A program made the translations under genes and the position numbers. Under the pieces are notes generated by a model that was given only the letters and a program-made list of their open reading frames with translations, was not told the origin of the DNA and did no database searches. This document shows, in pieces, positions 52,203 to 61,573 of a stretch of 64,000 bases of DNA. This DNA is from Peptostreptococcaceae bacterium (GTDB lineage Bacteria; Bacillota; Clostridia; Peptostreptococcales; Filifactoraceae): the NCBI GenBank assembly GCA_030528605.1, contig JAUMYO010000004.1:2546-66545 (forward strand), given 5' to 3'. Each line of letters starts with the position of its first letter. The stretch's first letter is position 1.

Positions 52203-52600
52203 TATCCATTTCCTCCTTCCTTTATGTTTTGTATGATCTTCTCTCTCATTTCTTCAAACTCCTTGCCGGATGAAAACGCAATAAAGTCCTCTTTCCTTTT
52301 TTCATTGCCCGCCAATACCGGTGCGAGCAACCCCGGTCTTTTGATTCCCTTTTGACCGTCCTTCGTTTGCATCCATACCAGTAAGCTCAGCCGATCCACT
52401 GCGCCTGCTGATAAGAGAGTATCCAGCGGCACCGTCTGCCCGGACAGCTTCATTTTGATCCTTGAATCATCCCTTAAACCACGAGCAAAAACAGCCACCT
52501 TGGATAACGGCAGCTGTTTGTGATCATAGATCTGATAGGTTTCCGCAAGATCGCATATCAGAGCATCCTCATCCTCGGCAACCATTCCGGCAAGGATCAT
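52202..52600 (-). CDS. Gp15-like tail assembly protein, probable frameshift extension (T part) of the chaperone
   Basis: 132 aa in the -1 frame relative to 52600-52860; no SD before its ATG; ...ALICDLAETYQIYD... pattern of phage Gp15 proteins. Confidence 0.7.
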   Translation of the reverse strand: MILAGMVAEDEDALICDLAETYQIYDHKQLPLSKVAVFARGLRDDSRIKMKLSGQTVPLDTLLSAGAVDRLSLLVWMQTKDGQKGIKRPGLLAPVLAGNEKRKEDFIAFSSGKEFEEMREKIIQNIKEGGNG

Positions 52601-52860
52601 CAGTTTTTTGTTTCTTTGTGATTTTGGAACACTTCCATGATCTCATTCGTGATCTTTTCCGTCGAAACAAGCCCCTCTTCATCCCGCAAATGATCTTTCA
52701 GTCGCTTCGCTTGCTCTTCGTCAAAAATAAGCTTCACGACATCCGGGATCAAAAGCGGATTTCGATCCACTTGCCCCAGTACCTCGATCAATTCATAATT
52801 CTCCAATCTCTTCTTGGAGATCCGATACTCAAATCCGGATCTTGTTTTACCTTTTATCAT
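52600..52860 (-). CDS. tail assembly chaperone (G-like)
   Basis: 86 aa acidic protein between the major tail and tape measure genes. Confidence 0.7.
   Translation of the reverse strand: MIKGKTRSGFEYRISKKRLENYELIEVLGQVDRNPLLIPDVVKLIFDEEQAKRLKDHLRDEEGLVSTEKITNEIMEVFQNHKETKN
52603..52609 (-). promoter_or_regulatory. candidate -1 programmed ribosomal frameshift heptamer A_AAA_AAC
   Basis: Minus strand ...ACA AAA AAC TGA. A slip to -1 reads AAA AAA CTG ATG ATC, fusing the chaperone to the downstream ORF. Confidence 0.5.
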
Positions 52861-52869
52861 GACCTCTCC

Positions 52870-53418
52870 TTATTTTTGAATATACTCATAATGCGTGTTG
52901 CCATCCTCATCCGGCACCGCCTGCAAAGTCGTCTCATACCCGATCGCATCTTCATCCGCATAACTGATCTCCCCGATCTCCGCGATTTTAGCGATCGGGA
53001 TCACGATCCGTTTCAGCACGCCGCCTTTCAGCACCATATCGATCACGACCGCATGCTCATCCAGCTCCTTTGAGTTCGCCTTGATCTTGATCCCCGATGC
53101 AAGATCGCCCGTTACATTATCCTTCCCATACACTTCCTTTAGCACCTCAATATTCGTTGCTTCGATCAATGTGTATTGGAAAGTATCCTTCTTATCCGTC
53201 TGCACGACCGCCACCACATCTCCGCCCCATGCTTTGATCTCTTCCGACTCCGGAGAGTTATTGTTCGTCAAGCCGTCTTCCGAAATATACCCCAAACTCT
53301 TAAACGCCTCATTCAGATCGACCTTCGCACTATCGGGAAGCTCCGTCCCGATCGGTGCCGAATAGACCGCTCCCCCTACTTTGGGTTTAGCGGTCGAAAC
53401 ATTTTTTACATCGCTCAT
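52870..53418 (-). CDS. major tail (tube) protein
   Basis: 182 aa; N-terminus [28 protein letters not shown]; position before the chaperones. Confidence 0.8.
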   Translation of the reverse strand: MSDVKNVSTAKPKVGGAVYSAPIGTELPDSAKVDLNEAFKSLGYISEDGLTNNNSPESEEIKAWGGDVVAVVQTDKKDTFQYTLIEATNIEVLKEVYGKDNVTGDLASGIKIKANSKELDEHAVVIDMVLKGGVLKRIVIPIAKIAEIGEISYADEDAIGYETTLQAVPDEDGNTHYEYIQK

Positions 53419-53428
53419 CCTCTACCTC

Positions 53429-53761
53429 CTAATATTTGATTTCAAATACTGCCTGATACCGATATTTTTTGGTATCCGTATCCGTAAAATTATGATCCCC
53501 TTCAAATCGGATGCCTCGGATCTCGTCCAGCTCGATCATACTCTCCACTGCTTCTTTTAGTCGTTCGTTTAGTTCTGCCGCTTCGAACAGTGTTTTTCCG
53601 TAACTTTGAAAAGCAAAAGTCGCTGATGGAAGATAGTTCTTTTTTGAGCTGCCGACCTTCTCCACCAAGATATAAGCTTCTTTATCCGGCTCCGGTTTTT
53701 CAAAAAGCACCTTTACTTGTAGCTTCTTTTCCAAATGCTTTTTTATGATCTCCTCTATCAT
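53429..53761 (-). CDS. tail completion / tail terminator-like protein
   Basis: 110 aa; assigned by position in the head-tail joining block only. Confidence 0.5.
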   Translation of the reverse strand: MIEEIIKKHLEKKLQVKVLFEKPEPDKEAYILVEKVGSSKKNYLPSATFAFQSYGKTLFEAAELNERLKEAVESMIELDEIRGIRFEGDHNFTDTDTKKYRYQAVFEIKY

Positions 53762-53997
53762 CGCTTCACCGCCTTCAGCAGAATATTCTCCTTCAGATTT
53801 CTTTTCTTCGCCCTTCGGCTTACAGCTTTTACCATCGCATTCGCTCGATGTCGTCCGATATACAGATCTTGCTCAAACCCGTCTCCGCAGATCTCACGCA
53901 CTCTCTTTGCCTCATCCGACAAGATCGTTTGCATCTCCTCAGACTTCATCAGCGCCCGGACTCCTTGCCGATTCAGCGTGAATTTCATCTTACTCAT
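53758..53997 (-). CDS. HK97 gp10-like head-tail joining protein
   Basis: 79 aa; assigned by position and a weak resemblance. Confidence 0.5.
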   Translation of the reverse strand: MSKMKFTLNRQGVRALMKSEEMQTILSDEAKRVREICGDGFEQDLYIGRHRANAMVKAVSRRAKKRNLKENILLKAVKR

Positions 53998-54328
53998 ACC
54001 GCTCCACCATTACTTTCTTGTTCCAGTCAAGCGGGATCATCTCTTCGATCCCCTCCAATACAGCCCCGAATGTCCGCCATCGTTTGCCAAAGAAAATAAC
54101 CTCCTTGTTCTCCCAATTGTGCGTATCGCCTTTTGGGATCCCAAGAGTATATATTGCCTTTCTTCCGGTCAAATTGAGCTGACTGATGACATCATCGCTG
54201 GATGTTGGCGAGACTAACACATTTTCTATTTGGATCTCTTGTTCTTCAACGATCGGACTGCCAAACGGATCTTCTCCAATATTGGTCGTGTCGCATAAAA
54301 TAACGGTGATTCCTTTCAGCTTACTCAT
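53990..54328 (-). CDS. head closure / head-tail adaptor protein
   Basis: 112 aa; position; overlapping starts and stops with its neighbours. Confidence 0.55.
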   Translation of the reverse strand: MSKLKGITVILCDTTNIGEDPFGSPIVEEQEIQIENVLVSPTSSDDVISQLNLTGRKAIYTLGIPKGDTHNWENKEVIFFGKRWRTFGAVLEGIEEMIPLDWNKKVMVERYE

Positions 54329-54710
54329 ACAGATTGATCACCCCATATCGTTGGCGCATCAGCCCCAATTTTGCAAGCTCCGTCTTCTTGATAAACAATC
54401 CTCCCCCCGGTACCAAAAAAGAACCCGACACCGAATAGCCCAGCGCCGCTTCGCTAAACTGCGTCATCGGTTCCTGATCCGTTGAGGTCATCAGCGTTCT
54501 GGCAACGATATCCACCGTTACCGACTTCACGACATTCGCATACGCTGTGTTTTTTGCCACCATTTTATCCAGATCCTTGCCGACTCGCTCCGCCTCTACC
54601 CGCAGATTATCCGAAACGACCAAGAGCAGTTTCTCTGCCCTTGCCGTCTCATTTGGTTTTAGCGGTCGCCAAAGCGTGATCAGGTCTTCCACTGTTGCAA
54701 AAGCACCCAT
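54321..54710 (-). CDS. gp6-like head-tail connector protein
   Basis: 129 aa; N-terminal ...VEDLITLWRPLKPNETARAEKLL... pattern of the Phage_connect_1 type. Confidence 0.6.
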   Translation of the reverse strand: MGAFATVEDLITLWRPLKPNETARAEKLLLVVSDNLRVEAERVGKDLDKMVAKNTAYANVVKSVTVDIVARTLMTSTDQEPMTQFSEAALGYSVSGSFLVPGGGLFIKKTELAKLGLMRQRYGVINLYE

Positions 54711-54718
54711 CCCATCAC

Positions 54719-55024
54719 CTACTCCACTACTTCCTGACTCTCCGCAATGATCGCCATAATATCCGCTTTTTTCGTTGCCTTACCCAGATCGATCCCCAGA
54801 TCCTTTGCCAATTTTTTAAGCTCATCGACCGACATCTTACCCAGATCGACCACATCGCCATCCGACAGACCTTCCGGCTCTTCATCCGATCCATCCTCCG
54901 GTAGATCCTGCGCGGTCTCAGGCGGATCGGCTACCTTTTGCCCATCCGCCAATTCCCAGTACTCCCCGGAAATGACACAGGAGCTATCCAAGATAGCCCC
55001 CGTCAAAGTATTCCTATATCTCAT
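54719..55024 (-). CDS. small acidic phage protein with Rho_N/SAP-like C-terminal motif
   Basis: 101 aa; MSVDELKKLAKDLGIDLGKATKKADIMAIIAE. Confidence 0.55.
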   Translation of the reverse strand: MRYRNTLTGAILDSSCVISGEYWELADGQKVADPPETAQDLPEDGSDEEPEGLSDGDVVDLGKMSVDELKKLAKDLGIDLGKATKKADIMAIIAESQEVVE

Positions 55025-55036
55025 CTTCTCCCCCTC

Positions 55037-55921
55037 TTAGTTCTCAGCGATACGGACAAACGAAGCCGCATCCATGATCCCCCAGCCGATAAACGCCTCC
55101 GCTCGAAGATACACCTGATTATACCCCTTCAAGTCCTTCCCCGAGTTATCCGGATCACCATACTCGATCACTTCCATCATGATCTCCTTCGCATATCCCC
55201 ATCGGAACATATTTTCAAAATCTCCGAGAATCGCACGATCTTTAACATCCGTTCCCTCCGATACCGTTGCATTGATATCGATCTTCACACCATTGATCCT
55301 CCCCGGATTTGCACCCCATGCCAGCTCCGGATACTGCTTTACTCCGTTAACTTGGATTTTTGCCAACTCCTGCGAAAAGATCGGAGACATTGCCATACCG
55401 TTTACTTCGCCATTTGCCCCCTGCACCATCGCAACCGCCGTCTCGATATTCGCCTCGATCTGCGAACGGTCAAATACCACCTTCTGCGTGATCATACTGT
55501 CAAAATGATTCGTCCCGATCACCGCAGAAGCCTGCTTCGTTCTCGGATTCACCCCATGAAACGCCATTAAGTCCAAACCTCTCGCCACCTTTTTTGCAAA
55601 ACCGTCATTGAACGCCTTTACGATCGCGATCTTCTCTTCCTCCGCCGCATACATAAACTCATCCGATACCCTCGCACCATACTCCACTTTGAGCGGTCTG
55701 GTGATCACAGGCTCCAGAGAGATACCCCCCTCCGTCTTTTTACCGTTCTCCGCCACGATGTCGATATCACTGTCCATCGTAAAAACAAACTCCTTACTTC
55801 CGTTAAACGGGATCGGCTCCTGATTTGCCAACACCGCCAATGAAGATCTCCCCTTTACCTTGTTGATCAGATCCGATACCAACTCCGGATCAAACAATGT
55901 TCCCTTTGATAATGTAGCCAT
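55037..55921 (-). CDS. major capsid protein (HK97 fold)
   Basis: 294 aa; MATLSKGTLFDPELVSDLINKVKGRSSLAVLA... N-terminus typical of Firmicutes phage capsid proteins; follows the scaffold gene. Confidence 0.85.
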   Translation of the reverse strand: MATLSKGTLFDPELVSDLINKVKGRSSLAVLANQEPIPFNGSKEFVFTMDSDIDIVAENGKKTEGGISLEPVITRPLKVEYGARVSDEFMYAAEEEKIAIVKAFNDGFAKKVARGLDLMAFHGVNPRTKQASAVIGTNHFDSMITQKVVFDRSQIEANIETAVAMVQGANGEVNGMAMSPIFSQELAKIQVNGVKQYPELAWGANPGRINGVKIDINATVSEGTDVKDRAILGDFENMFRWGYAKEIMMEVIEYGDPDNSGKDLKGYNQVYLRAEAFIGWGIMDAASFVRIAEN

Positions 55922-55925
55922 AACT

Positions 55926-56393
55926 CTACTCTCCTTTCAATCCTTTCAAAATATTTTTGTAAGCCGCATCCATCACATCCCCCTTAGGTTCCGTATTTCT
56001 CAGCGGAGGCGGCGGACTTTGCGACTTGAAAAACTCCGCCAAACTTTGCGCATCCTTTTGGATCGACTCCTCATCCTCTCCTGCAATTCTGCCGGCAAGA
56101 TCATACGGTATGCCGTTTTCCATCGCATATCTCGTGCGCAGTGATGATAATTCATAGCTTCTGACCTTTCCTGTCAGCTCCTCGATCGTTTTTTCAAGCG
56201 TTCCCGTGTTTGCACTCGATTTTTCTATTTCTGATCGCATCTCAGCAAGCTCATTTTCAAGGCTCGCATTTTTCCCTTTGATCTCTTCATAATCGGCATA
56301 CTTTTTGATCAATACTTCTTCTTGTCTTTTTAGTCGCTCTCCGATTACGAGATCTAATTCTTCTTGAGTTGTAATTGCTTTAAACTCACTCAT
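55926..56393 (-). CDS. capsid scaffolding protein
   Basis: 155 aa, coiled-coil rich, directly upstream of the capsid gene. Confidence 0.7.
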   Translation of the reverse strand: MSEFKAITTQEELDLVIGERLKRQEEVLIKKYADYEEIKGKNASLENELAEMRSEIEKSSANTGTLEKTIEELTGKVRSYELSSLRTRYAMENGIPYDLAGRIAGEDEESIQKDAQSLAEFFKSQSPPPPLRNTEPKGDVMDAAYKNILKGLKGE

Positions 56394-56440
56394 TTTGTTA
56401 CTCCTTCCTATTTGACCGGTTTGTTTCCGTAAAATTATAT

Positions 56441-56463
56441 AAAAAAGAGCGTTTCCGCTCCCT
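56441..56463 (-). terminator. rho-independent terminator immediately after TerL
   Basis: Minus strand GAGCG-GAAA-CGCTC followed by TTTTTT, then a TATAAT-like hexamer. Confidence 0.55.
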
Positions 56464-56464
56464 C

Positions 56465-57871
56465 TTAATACCTTATTCGCTGTTGCTTTTTAGGTTTTGA
56501 AATACTGCAAGCCCAAAAGGCAAGCAATGCACTGTCCATCAGTGCAATGTCATAATCTTCATATTGTGATTTATAGCCAAATCCCCCGCCACTTCCGATC
56601 AATCGCTTTTCACAGTTTGTCGCTACCTGTGTCAACGATGGTTGATCACTATGGCAGATCTGTAATTGAAATATTCCCTGCTCCCACATCGAATTTGCGA
56701 CAATGATCTCTTTCACGGTTGGTAGGATCGGTGATCTTAATTTATACTCCTTCATTTCTGCTTCCAGGATCTTCTGACCGGATTGTCCATCTACAACTAC
56801 GGTTTCAATATCCGCATCCATCAAAAAACGCAAGATCCAGCCGTTCCCGTTGCGGACCGATTGACAGTCGATACATTCGACAAAGATCCGGTCCTCCTCC
56901 GTTTTGACTGCAATGCTAAGTGCTACATGAGCTCCATCTTTTCCATACTTGATCCCCACGAACAATTTACCTTTCAGTTCCGGGACTTGATCCACAGCTA
57001 GCGCATCCCAATCCCGCTGACTGATCGCCGATTTCTGGTTATACCTTATCCAAAACCCCAAACGCTGGATATTAAAATCGATCTCATCATCCCCGATCTC
57101 ATCCTCAACACTTCTTTCGGTAAAAATGATGCCCAGGGATGGGTTCGTCAAATACCAGGCTTCTTTATCATGCGGATCCGTCTGTTCATCCACAGACCAT
57201 TCTGCCCATCCGGTGTTTTTACTCTCTCCGTTCAGCGCCCTTTTTCGCAGATCCGTAAACACCGTACCGCTTGAGATCGGGGTCGGCGGGGTCCCGCAAA
57301 AGATCGTTTGAGGATTTTGGGAATCCGTTACGACATATTTGAGTGCCGACTCCTGGTCGGTCGTATATTCCTGCGCTTCATCGATAACAAGTAAATCAAA
57401 TCCTTCGCCAAGTCCTCCGGTCGACGTTCTTGTCCGAAATTCGACCCGTCCCCCTGTTTTGAAAAACTCGACCCGCTCCCGACCGGTCGCCCGAAGCGTC
57501 ATATAATCTTCGCCCTCGACATAGCCCGCTTTTTCGATGATCCTTTTCAGCCTTTCCCATGCTGCATGCGATGTCGTTGTTCGATGCGCCGTGTGTAATG
57601 CCTGCTCCCCCTCTTCCAATGCGTACAGCTCCCGGATCGCTACGATCTCATTCTTTCCGTTTCTCCTCGGGATCGCATAGCCGAACTTCGTATGAGTCCA
57701 TAGCCCTTTTTTGTTTTTCGACAAGATCGCTTTTAATAGATTGACCTGCCACTTTTGAGCTTTACGCTCCGATCGCTCATACAACTCAACGGCTCTTTTG
57801 TACTCGCTCCTTGCTGTAGACAGAAACAGCGATTGCGTAGGGACTTGACTTCCGATCTTCTTCTTCGCCAT
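56465..57871 (-). CDS. terminase large subunit
   Basis: 468 aa; Walker A-like PRRNGKNE, Walker B LLVIDEAQ, C-terminal nuclease-like half. Confidence 0.85.
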   Translation of the reverse strand: MAKKKIGSQVPTQSLFLSTARSEYKRAVELYERSERKAQKWQVNLLKAILSKNKKGLWTHTKFGYAIPRRNGKNEIVAIRELYALEEGEQALHTAHRTTTSHAAWERLKRIIEKAGYVEGEDYMTLRATGRERVEFFKTGGRVEFRTRTSTGGLGEGFDLLVIDEAQEYTTDQESALKYVVTDSQNPQTIFCGTPPTPISSGTVFTDLRKRALNGESKNTGWAEWSVDEQTDPHDKEAWYLTNPSLGIIFTERSVEDEIGDDEIDFNIQRLGFWIRYNQKSAISQRDWDALAVDQVPELKGKLFVGIKYGKDGAHVALSIAVKTEEDRIFVECIDCQSVRNGNGWILRFLMDADIETVVVDGQSGQKILEAEMKEYKLRSPILPTVKEIIVANSMWEQGIFQLQICHSDQPSLTQVATNCEKRLIGSGGGFGYKSQYEDYDIALMDSALLAFWACSISKPKKQQRIRY

Positions 57872-57875
57872 ACCG

Positions 57876-58217
57876 TTATATAAAAGGAGTGATCTCCTTG
57901 ATCTCCCTCAAAAACTCCTTCGCCTTCTCTATAAACGAATTATCACACAAATAACCGATCCCCTTCGGTGTGATCCGCAAATGATCCCATCCCGTGATCA
58001 CAACATCCCTTCCCCATGTCTTTTGGACCCTCAGCCCCTCGATATATCCTTCGCCCAACATATGCTCCATAATATACAGCCAATAACTCGGATGGATACA
58101 AAAAAGCTGACCCTGTGCATCGATCATCTCTCGATCGATACACTCTCCCTTTTTCAGCTGCATATACAAATACGCCAATATCCGATATACGATCACAAAA
58201 TAATCATCCTTCGCCAT
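57876..58217 (-). CDS. YjcQ-like winged-helix protein in the small-terminase position
   Basis: Start moved to ATG 58217 behind GGAGGGAG. MAKDDYFVIVYRILAYLYMQLKKGE resembles the YjcQ family. Confidence 0.6.
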   Translation of the reverse strand: MAKDDYFVIVYRILAYLYMQLKKGECIDREMIDAQGQLFCIHPSYWLYIMEHMLGEGYIEGLRVQKTWGRDVVITGWDHLRITPKGIGYLCDNSFIEKAKEFLREIKEITPFI

Positions 58218-58286
58218 AGCTCCCTCCTTTCTGCACGAAAAAAGCACCCTAGTTATTACTACGATGCTTTCATTATCATTCTCTGT

Positions 58287-58457
58287 TTATGCTCCTAACC
58301 GATCCGATTCTTTCTTTTGTAATTCGATCGCACGCTCTTCGATCCGCTTCATTCGCTCCTCAGCGATCCTTCTTTGTTCTTCTGTCATTGGTCGTGGAGA
58401 TTGAGATTTCATTCGCTCTTGGAAGTTTTTGCGTGCTTCGTCTATTCTATTTTTCAT
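58287..58457 (-). CDS. small hypothetical phage protein
   Basis: Below the track cutoff. ATG 58457 behind GGAGGT; MKNRIDEARKNFQERMKSQSPRPMTEEQRRIAEERMKRIEERAIELQKKESDRLGA*. Confidence 0.45.
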   Translation of the reverse strand: MKNRIDEARKNFQERMKSQSPRPMTEEQRRIAEERMKRIEERAIELQKKESDRLGA

Positions 58458-58505
58458 AACTATACCTCCACTTCATATAATAATTACTTTGGAGTTTATT
58501 TGATG

Positions 58506-58715
58506 TTACCTTTTTTCATGTAGAGGTCTTATATAGGAATTCCGATCCGGCTTAGGTAAACCCTTTTCAGCAGCCATCTTGCAGTACAATTCAAATTCTT
58601 CATCAGATTTTCTTATATTCGGGATATGCCTAAAATAAAAGAACAGCCTATTTCTCTCCTCTTTGGATAACTCTTCGCCGTTTATTGCTCTGGATATAAC
58701 CTCTTTAATGTCCAT
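58506..58715 (-). CDS. hypothetical phage protein
   Basis: 69 aa ORF overlapping the end of the gp7-ART gene. Confidence 0.45.
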   Translation of the reverse strand: MDIKEVISRAINGEELSKEERNRLFFYFRHIPNIRKSDEEFELYCKMAAEKGLPKPDRNSYIRPLHEKR

Positions 58716-60015
58716 CTCCTACTACCTCCAAAATCACTTCTCCTTTTTTAATATCTTTTACTTGATATTTCGTTTTGTTTGATATTAACAGCTCTTTTTC
58801 ATTGACCGTGTAGCCGCTCGGTTTGTAGTCCGTATTCTCTCCTATATATAAGACCTTTGTTTTCTTTGGTACTCTTATTTCCAACAACACCCCTTTGTAT
58901 CCATCTTCATCATATGCAGTTGCATCTTCCGCAAAAGCTTTTGCTTGTTCATGATCCAAACTTGTGGAATAGAATACTTTACTTTCAAATACATCCCCGA
59001 CTTGATAGCTTTTAAAATATTTTTCATTTGTTCCTCTATAAGTAACAATATCCTCGTCCAGAACGAAATGATCTATGGCACTATTTAGACTGTCTTCATA
59101 AGCGGATCTATTGCCAATGGCTAAATCGCTGTTTATCTTATCATATCCGCCCTCCGTATATTCTTTTAGTGCTTCGCGTTCCGCTTGTGTCATTTTTTTA
59201 TAAGCGTCATTACTTTGGTTTTGAAATCTTATTTCTGTACCTTTGTTGGCTATTTTATACTCAGGTTGTAAGTTTATTTTTTTCCTTTCTTCTATTTTAT
59301 CACTGCGCCGAGGATCTGTCCACCGCTTTGTATGGACATTTTGCACTCGTCCGTCTCCCGGATAATAATCTACTCGGCATCGGCAATATCGATGCCTGCG
59401 ATATATGTCTTGTGGCACATCCGGATACTGATAAATTCCATCGATCGCATCGCACCAGTCGCAGCAGTCCCCTGTCGATATCCTTTTGATGATCGGCTGC
59501 AATCCTAATTTATGATGGTGATCCACATTCGTTTGAATGGTATCGTCAACGATCGACTGACAAAAATTCCTGATCGGCTCATCCAGCAGCCACGCAACCT
59601 CCTCAAAAGTCTCTGATGTGGAGATCTTGTTGACGATCCCGTCGATTCGGTCCTGATCGAGATCCGCCTTGAGTCCCTTTATCTTTAGTTTTGCCGCATG
59701 ATTCAGCTCAGTTTGGACATCCTTCGAATAATCCGCGATCATATCATATGCTTTTCCCATCGTTGGATTCAATATCCGCTCGGCAATATTATAATACATC
59801 CGACCATCCGGCAGATCTTCTGCTTTTATTCTTCCTTGCAGAACATTTGCCAATACATTCCCGACCTCGACCGAAAATTCATTCGCATTCTTGTAATTCG
59901 CCTTCTTCAGCTCCAGAAGCTCGATTGCTTTTCTTATGTTTTTATCGCCAGAGAGTCCTCGTTCAAAATCTTCTATAATTCCGGCTAATAGATCCGGTAC
60001 AATATCCTTTGCCAT
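58705..60015 (-). CDS. minor head protein (SPP1 gp7 / Mu F-like) fused to a C-terminal ADP-ribosyltransferase domain
   Basis: 436 aa. N-terminal part has CCDWCDAIDG...RRHRYCRCRV (Mu F-like). C-terminal ~170 aa has an R-S-E triad: VTYRG, FYSTSL, NEKELL (ExE), as in C3/VIP2-type ARTs. Confidence 0.85.
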   Translation of the reverse strand: MAKDIVPDLLAGIIEDFERGLSGDKNIRKAIELLELKKANYKNANEFSVEVGNVLANVLQGRIKAEDLPDGRMYYNIAERILNPTMGKAYDMIADYSKDVQTELNHAAKLKIKGLKADLDQDRIDGIVNKISTSETFEEVAWLLDEPIRNFCQSIVDDTIQTNVDHHHKLGLQPIIKRISTGDCCDWCDAIDGIYQYPDVPQDIYRRHRYCRCRVDYYPGDGRVQNVHTKRWTDPRRSDKIEERKKINLQPEYKIANKGTEIRFQNQSNDAYKKMTQAEREALKEYTEGGYDKINSDLAIGNRSAYEDSLNSAIDHFVLDEDIVTYRGTNEKYFKSYQVGDVFESKVFYSTSLDHEQAKAFAEDATAYDEDGYKGVLLEIRVPKKTKVLYIGENTDYKPSGYTVNEKELLISNKTKYQVKDIKKGEVILEVVGDGH

Positions 60016-60197
60016 TATTCGCCAACATCTCCTATCAATACTTTTCTTGCTTCCGCTTTGCTCATTCCAATCGATGTCGAAATAAGATTTACTGCTTGTC
60101 CTTCACTAATCAGTCTATTGGCAAACTGAGTCATTATTGCTATCAAACTCTGTGTTTGTGCTCCGTTTAGTGACTTGTTTTCATTCTTGGATTGCAC
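60015..60197 (-). CDS. hypothetical phage protein
   Basis: 60 aa, GTG start, packed between the portal and gp7 genes. Confidence 0.4.
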   Translation of the reverse strand: MQSKNENKSLNGAQTQSLIAIMTQFANRLISEGQAVNLISTSIGMSKAEARKVLIGDVGE

Positions 60198-60247
60198 TTC
60201 CGATTTTTTATCTAATTTTGCTTCAATTACGGTTTGGGGAACTGAAA

Positions 60248-61477
60248 TTACTTCCCCCCTTCAATGCCTGTTAAATCGGATAAGGATTTCTGATCAAAGA
60301 AATTTGGGATCGCTTGATTGATCTTGATCGCTCCATCTCCGATACTCGACAAAGTTGCCGCATCCGGTTCAAAAACCGGCTGCCATTTTGGGATCAGTTT
60401 GTAAAATTGATTTCTTCGATATGAGTAATCATCTCTCAAGCAACACGCCAAATATCCTACATTCAAAAATCCGCTACCAAAAGTTTTTTGCGCTTTTCGG
60501 GCATATAATCTCAATGTTTCGTGGCTCGCCTTGATCGCCTCGCTACTGGATGGATTATCACTTACAAATCCCAAATCGTCCAATGTCAAACCTGTTTCCC
60601 CGGCAAACCCAGCCGCCGCTGTCCGAAGCTGCTCCGTAAACGGAGACATCGAAGGCGTGGTAAATTGCCCCAATTTCGGACTGTCCCCGTCTCCGTCTTT
60701 CGTAAACTCCAACATAGATGCGATCGTTGCTTTCCAAGCGTCCATCGGCTCCGAATCCGGATGCGTCCCAATAACATATTTTTGAGGAAAAGAATAAAAC
60801 TCCGCTGTAATATCCGCACGCTCCAATGTCCTTTTCGCATACTGCTGATAGTAGATGCAGGATCTCGTGATCCGACTATGCCCAAACGGTCTCTTGGCAT
60901 CCGGTCGATGGATGATCGGCACCAATAGCGCATACGGCGCTTGATTCTCATAAGAATAGCTGTAATCTCCATCGACATAGTAATCTGTTCTTCCCGGGAT
61001 AAAGTATGCTTCCAATATTGGATCCTCTTTTTCATCTCGATTGAGTACCGCATATCCTTCTACAAGAAGATTGGTGATCGGGTCGATGATCCCTGTCGCA
61101 TTATCCCCCTCGATAACCTGCAATCTTGGAATATCATCCTCCCCTTGCGAGATATAAACAAAACAGCAAGATCCGATCAAAGCCGACAAAATAGCAGAAT
61201 CAAAAAAGACATCCGGATTGTTCATCTCGAATATCTCATTGATTTCAAAGCTGTCGTTGTCGAATCGTTTGAAGTTTAAACGGTCAGCAAGAGAGTCCAC
61301 TGACTTAGCACACCAACCCAAAGTAGCCATATATTTTTGCCGAATTTGAGGCGGAATTGTTATCCCTCTTTGATCATCTTTATATTTCATATTGTATTGT
61401 TCGTATCTCATCGAAACCCTTTTGGCTACTAATTTTAACTTATCTCTGAGATATTCGATCCCTTTATGATCTTGCAT
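60248..61477 (-). CDS. portal protein (SPP1 gp6-like)
   Basis: 409 aa; N-terminal ...RYEQYNMKYKDDQ..LGWCAKSVDSLADRL pattern of SPP1-type portals. Confidence 0.85.
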   Translation of the reverse strand: MQDHKGIEYLRDKLKLVAKRVSMRYEQYNMKYKDDQRGITIPPQIRQKYMATLGWCAKSVDSLADRLNFKRFDNDSFEINEIFEMNNPDVFFDSAILSALIGSCCFVYISQGEDDIPRLQVIEGDNATGIIDPITNLLVEGYAVLNRDEKEDPILEAYFIPGRTDYYVDGDYSYSYENQAPYALLVPIIHRPDAKRPFGHSRITRSCIYYQQYAKRTLERADITAEFYSFPQKYVIGTHPDSEPMDAWKATIASMLEFTKDGDGDSPKLGQFTTPSMSPFTEQLRTAAAGFAGETGLTLDDLGFVSDNPSSSEAIKASHETLRLYARKAQKTFGSGFLNVGYLACCLRDDYSYRRNQFYKLIPKWQPVFEPDAATLSSIGDGAIKINQAIPNFFDQKSLSDLTGIEGGK

Positions 61478-61573
61478 GTTTTACTCCTTCGTTTTAGCAT
61501 AATTCACACGAAAAAAAATGTACAGTGACGGCGTGAAGGTCTTTTGCGCGCCGTGAGGGGGAGGTATGCCCCC

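Noticed and set aside
60198-60250. Possible frameshift or read-through extension of the portal into the 60-aa ORF (in-frame open sequence upstream of its GTG)
   Set aside because: The open stretch begins at a TGA only 17 codons upstream, is in a different frame from the portal stop, and no slippery sequence was seen.
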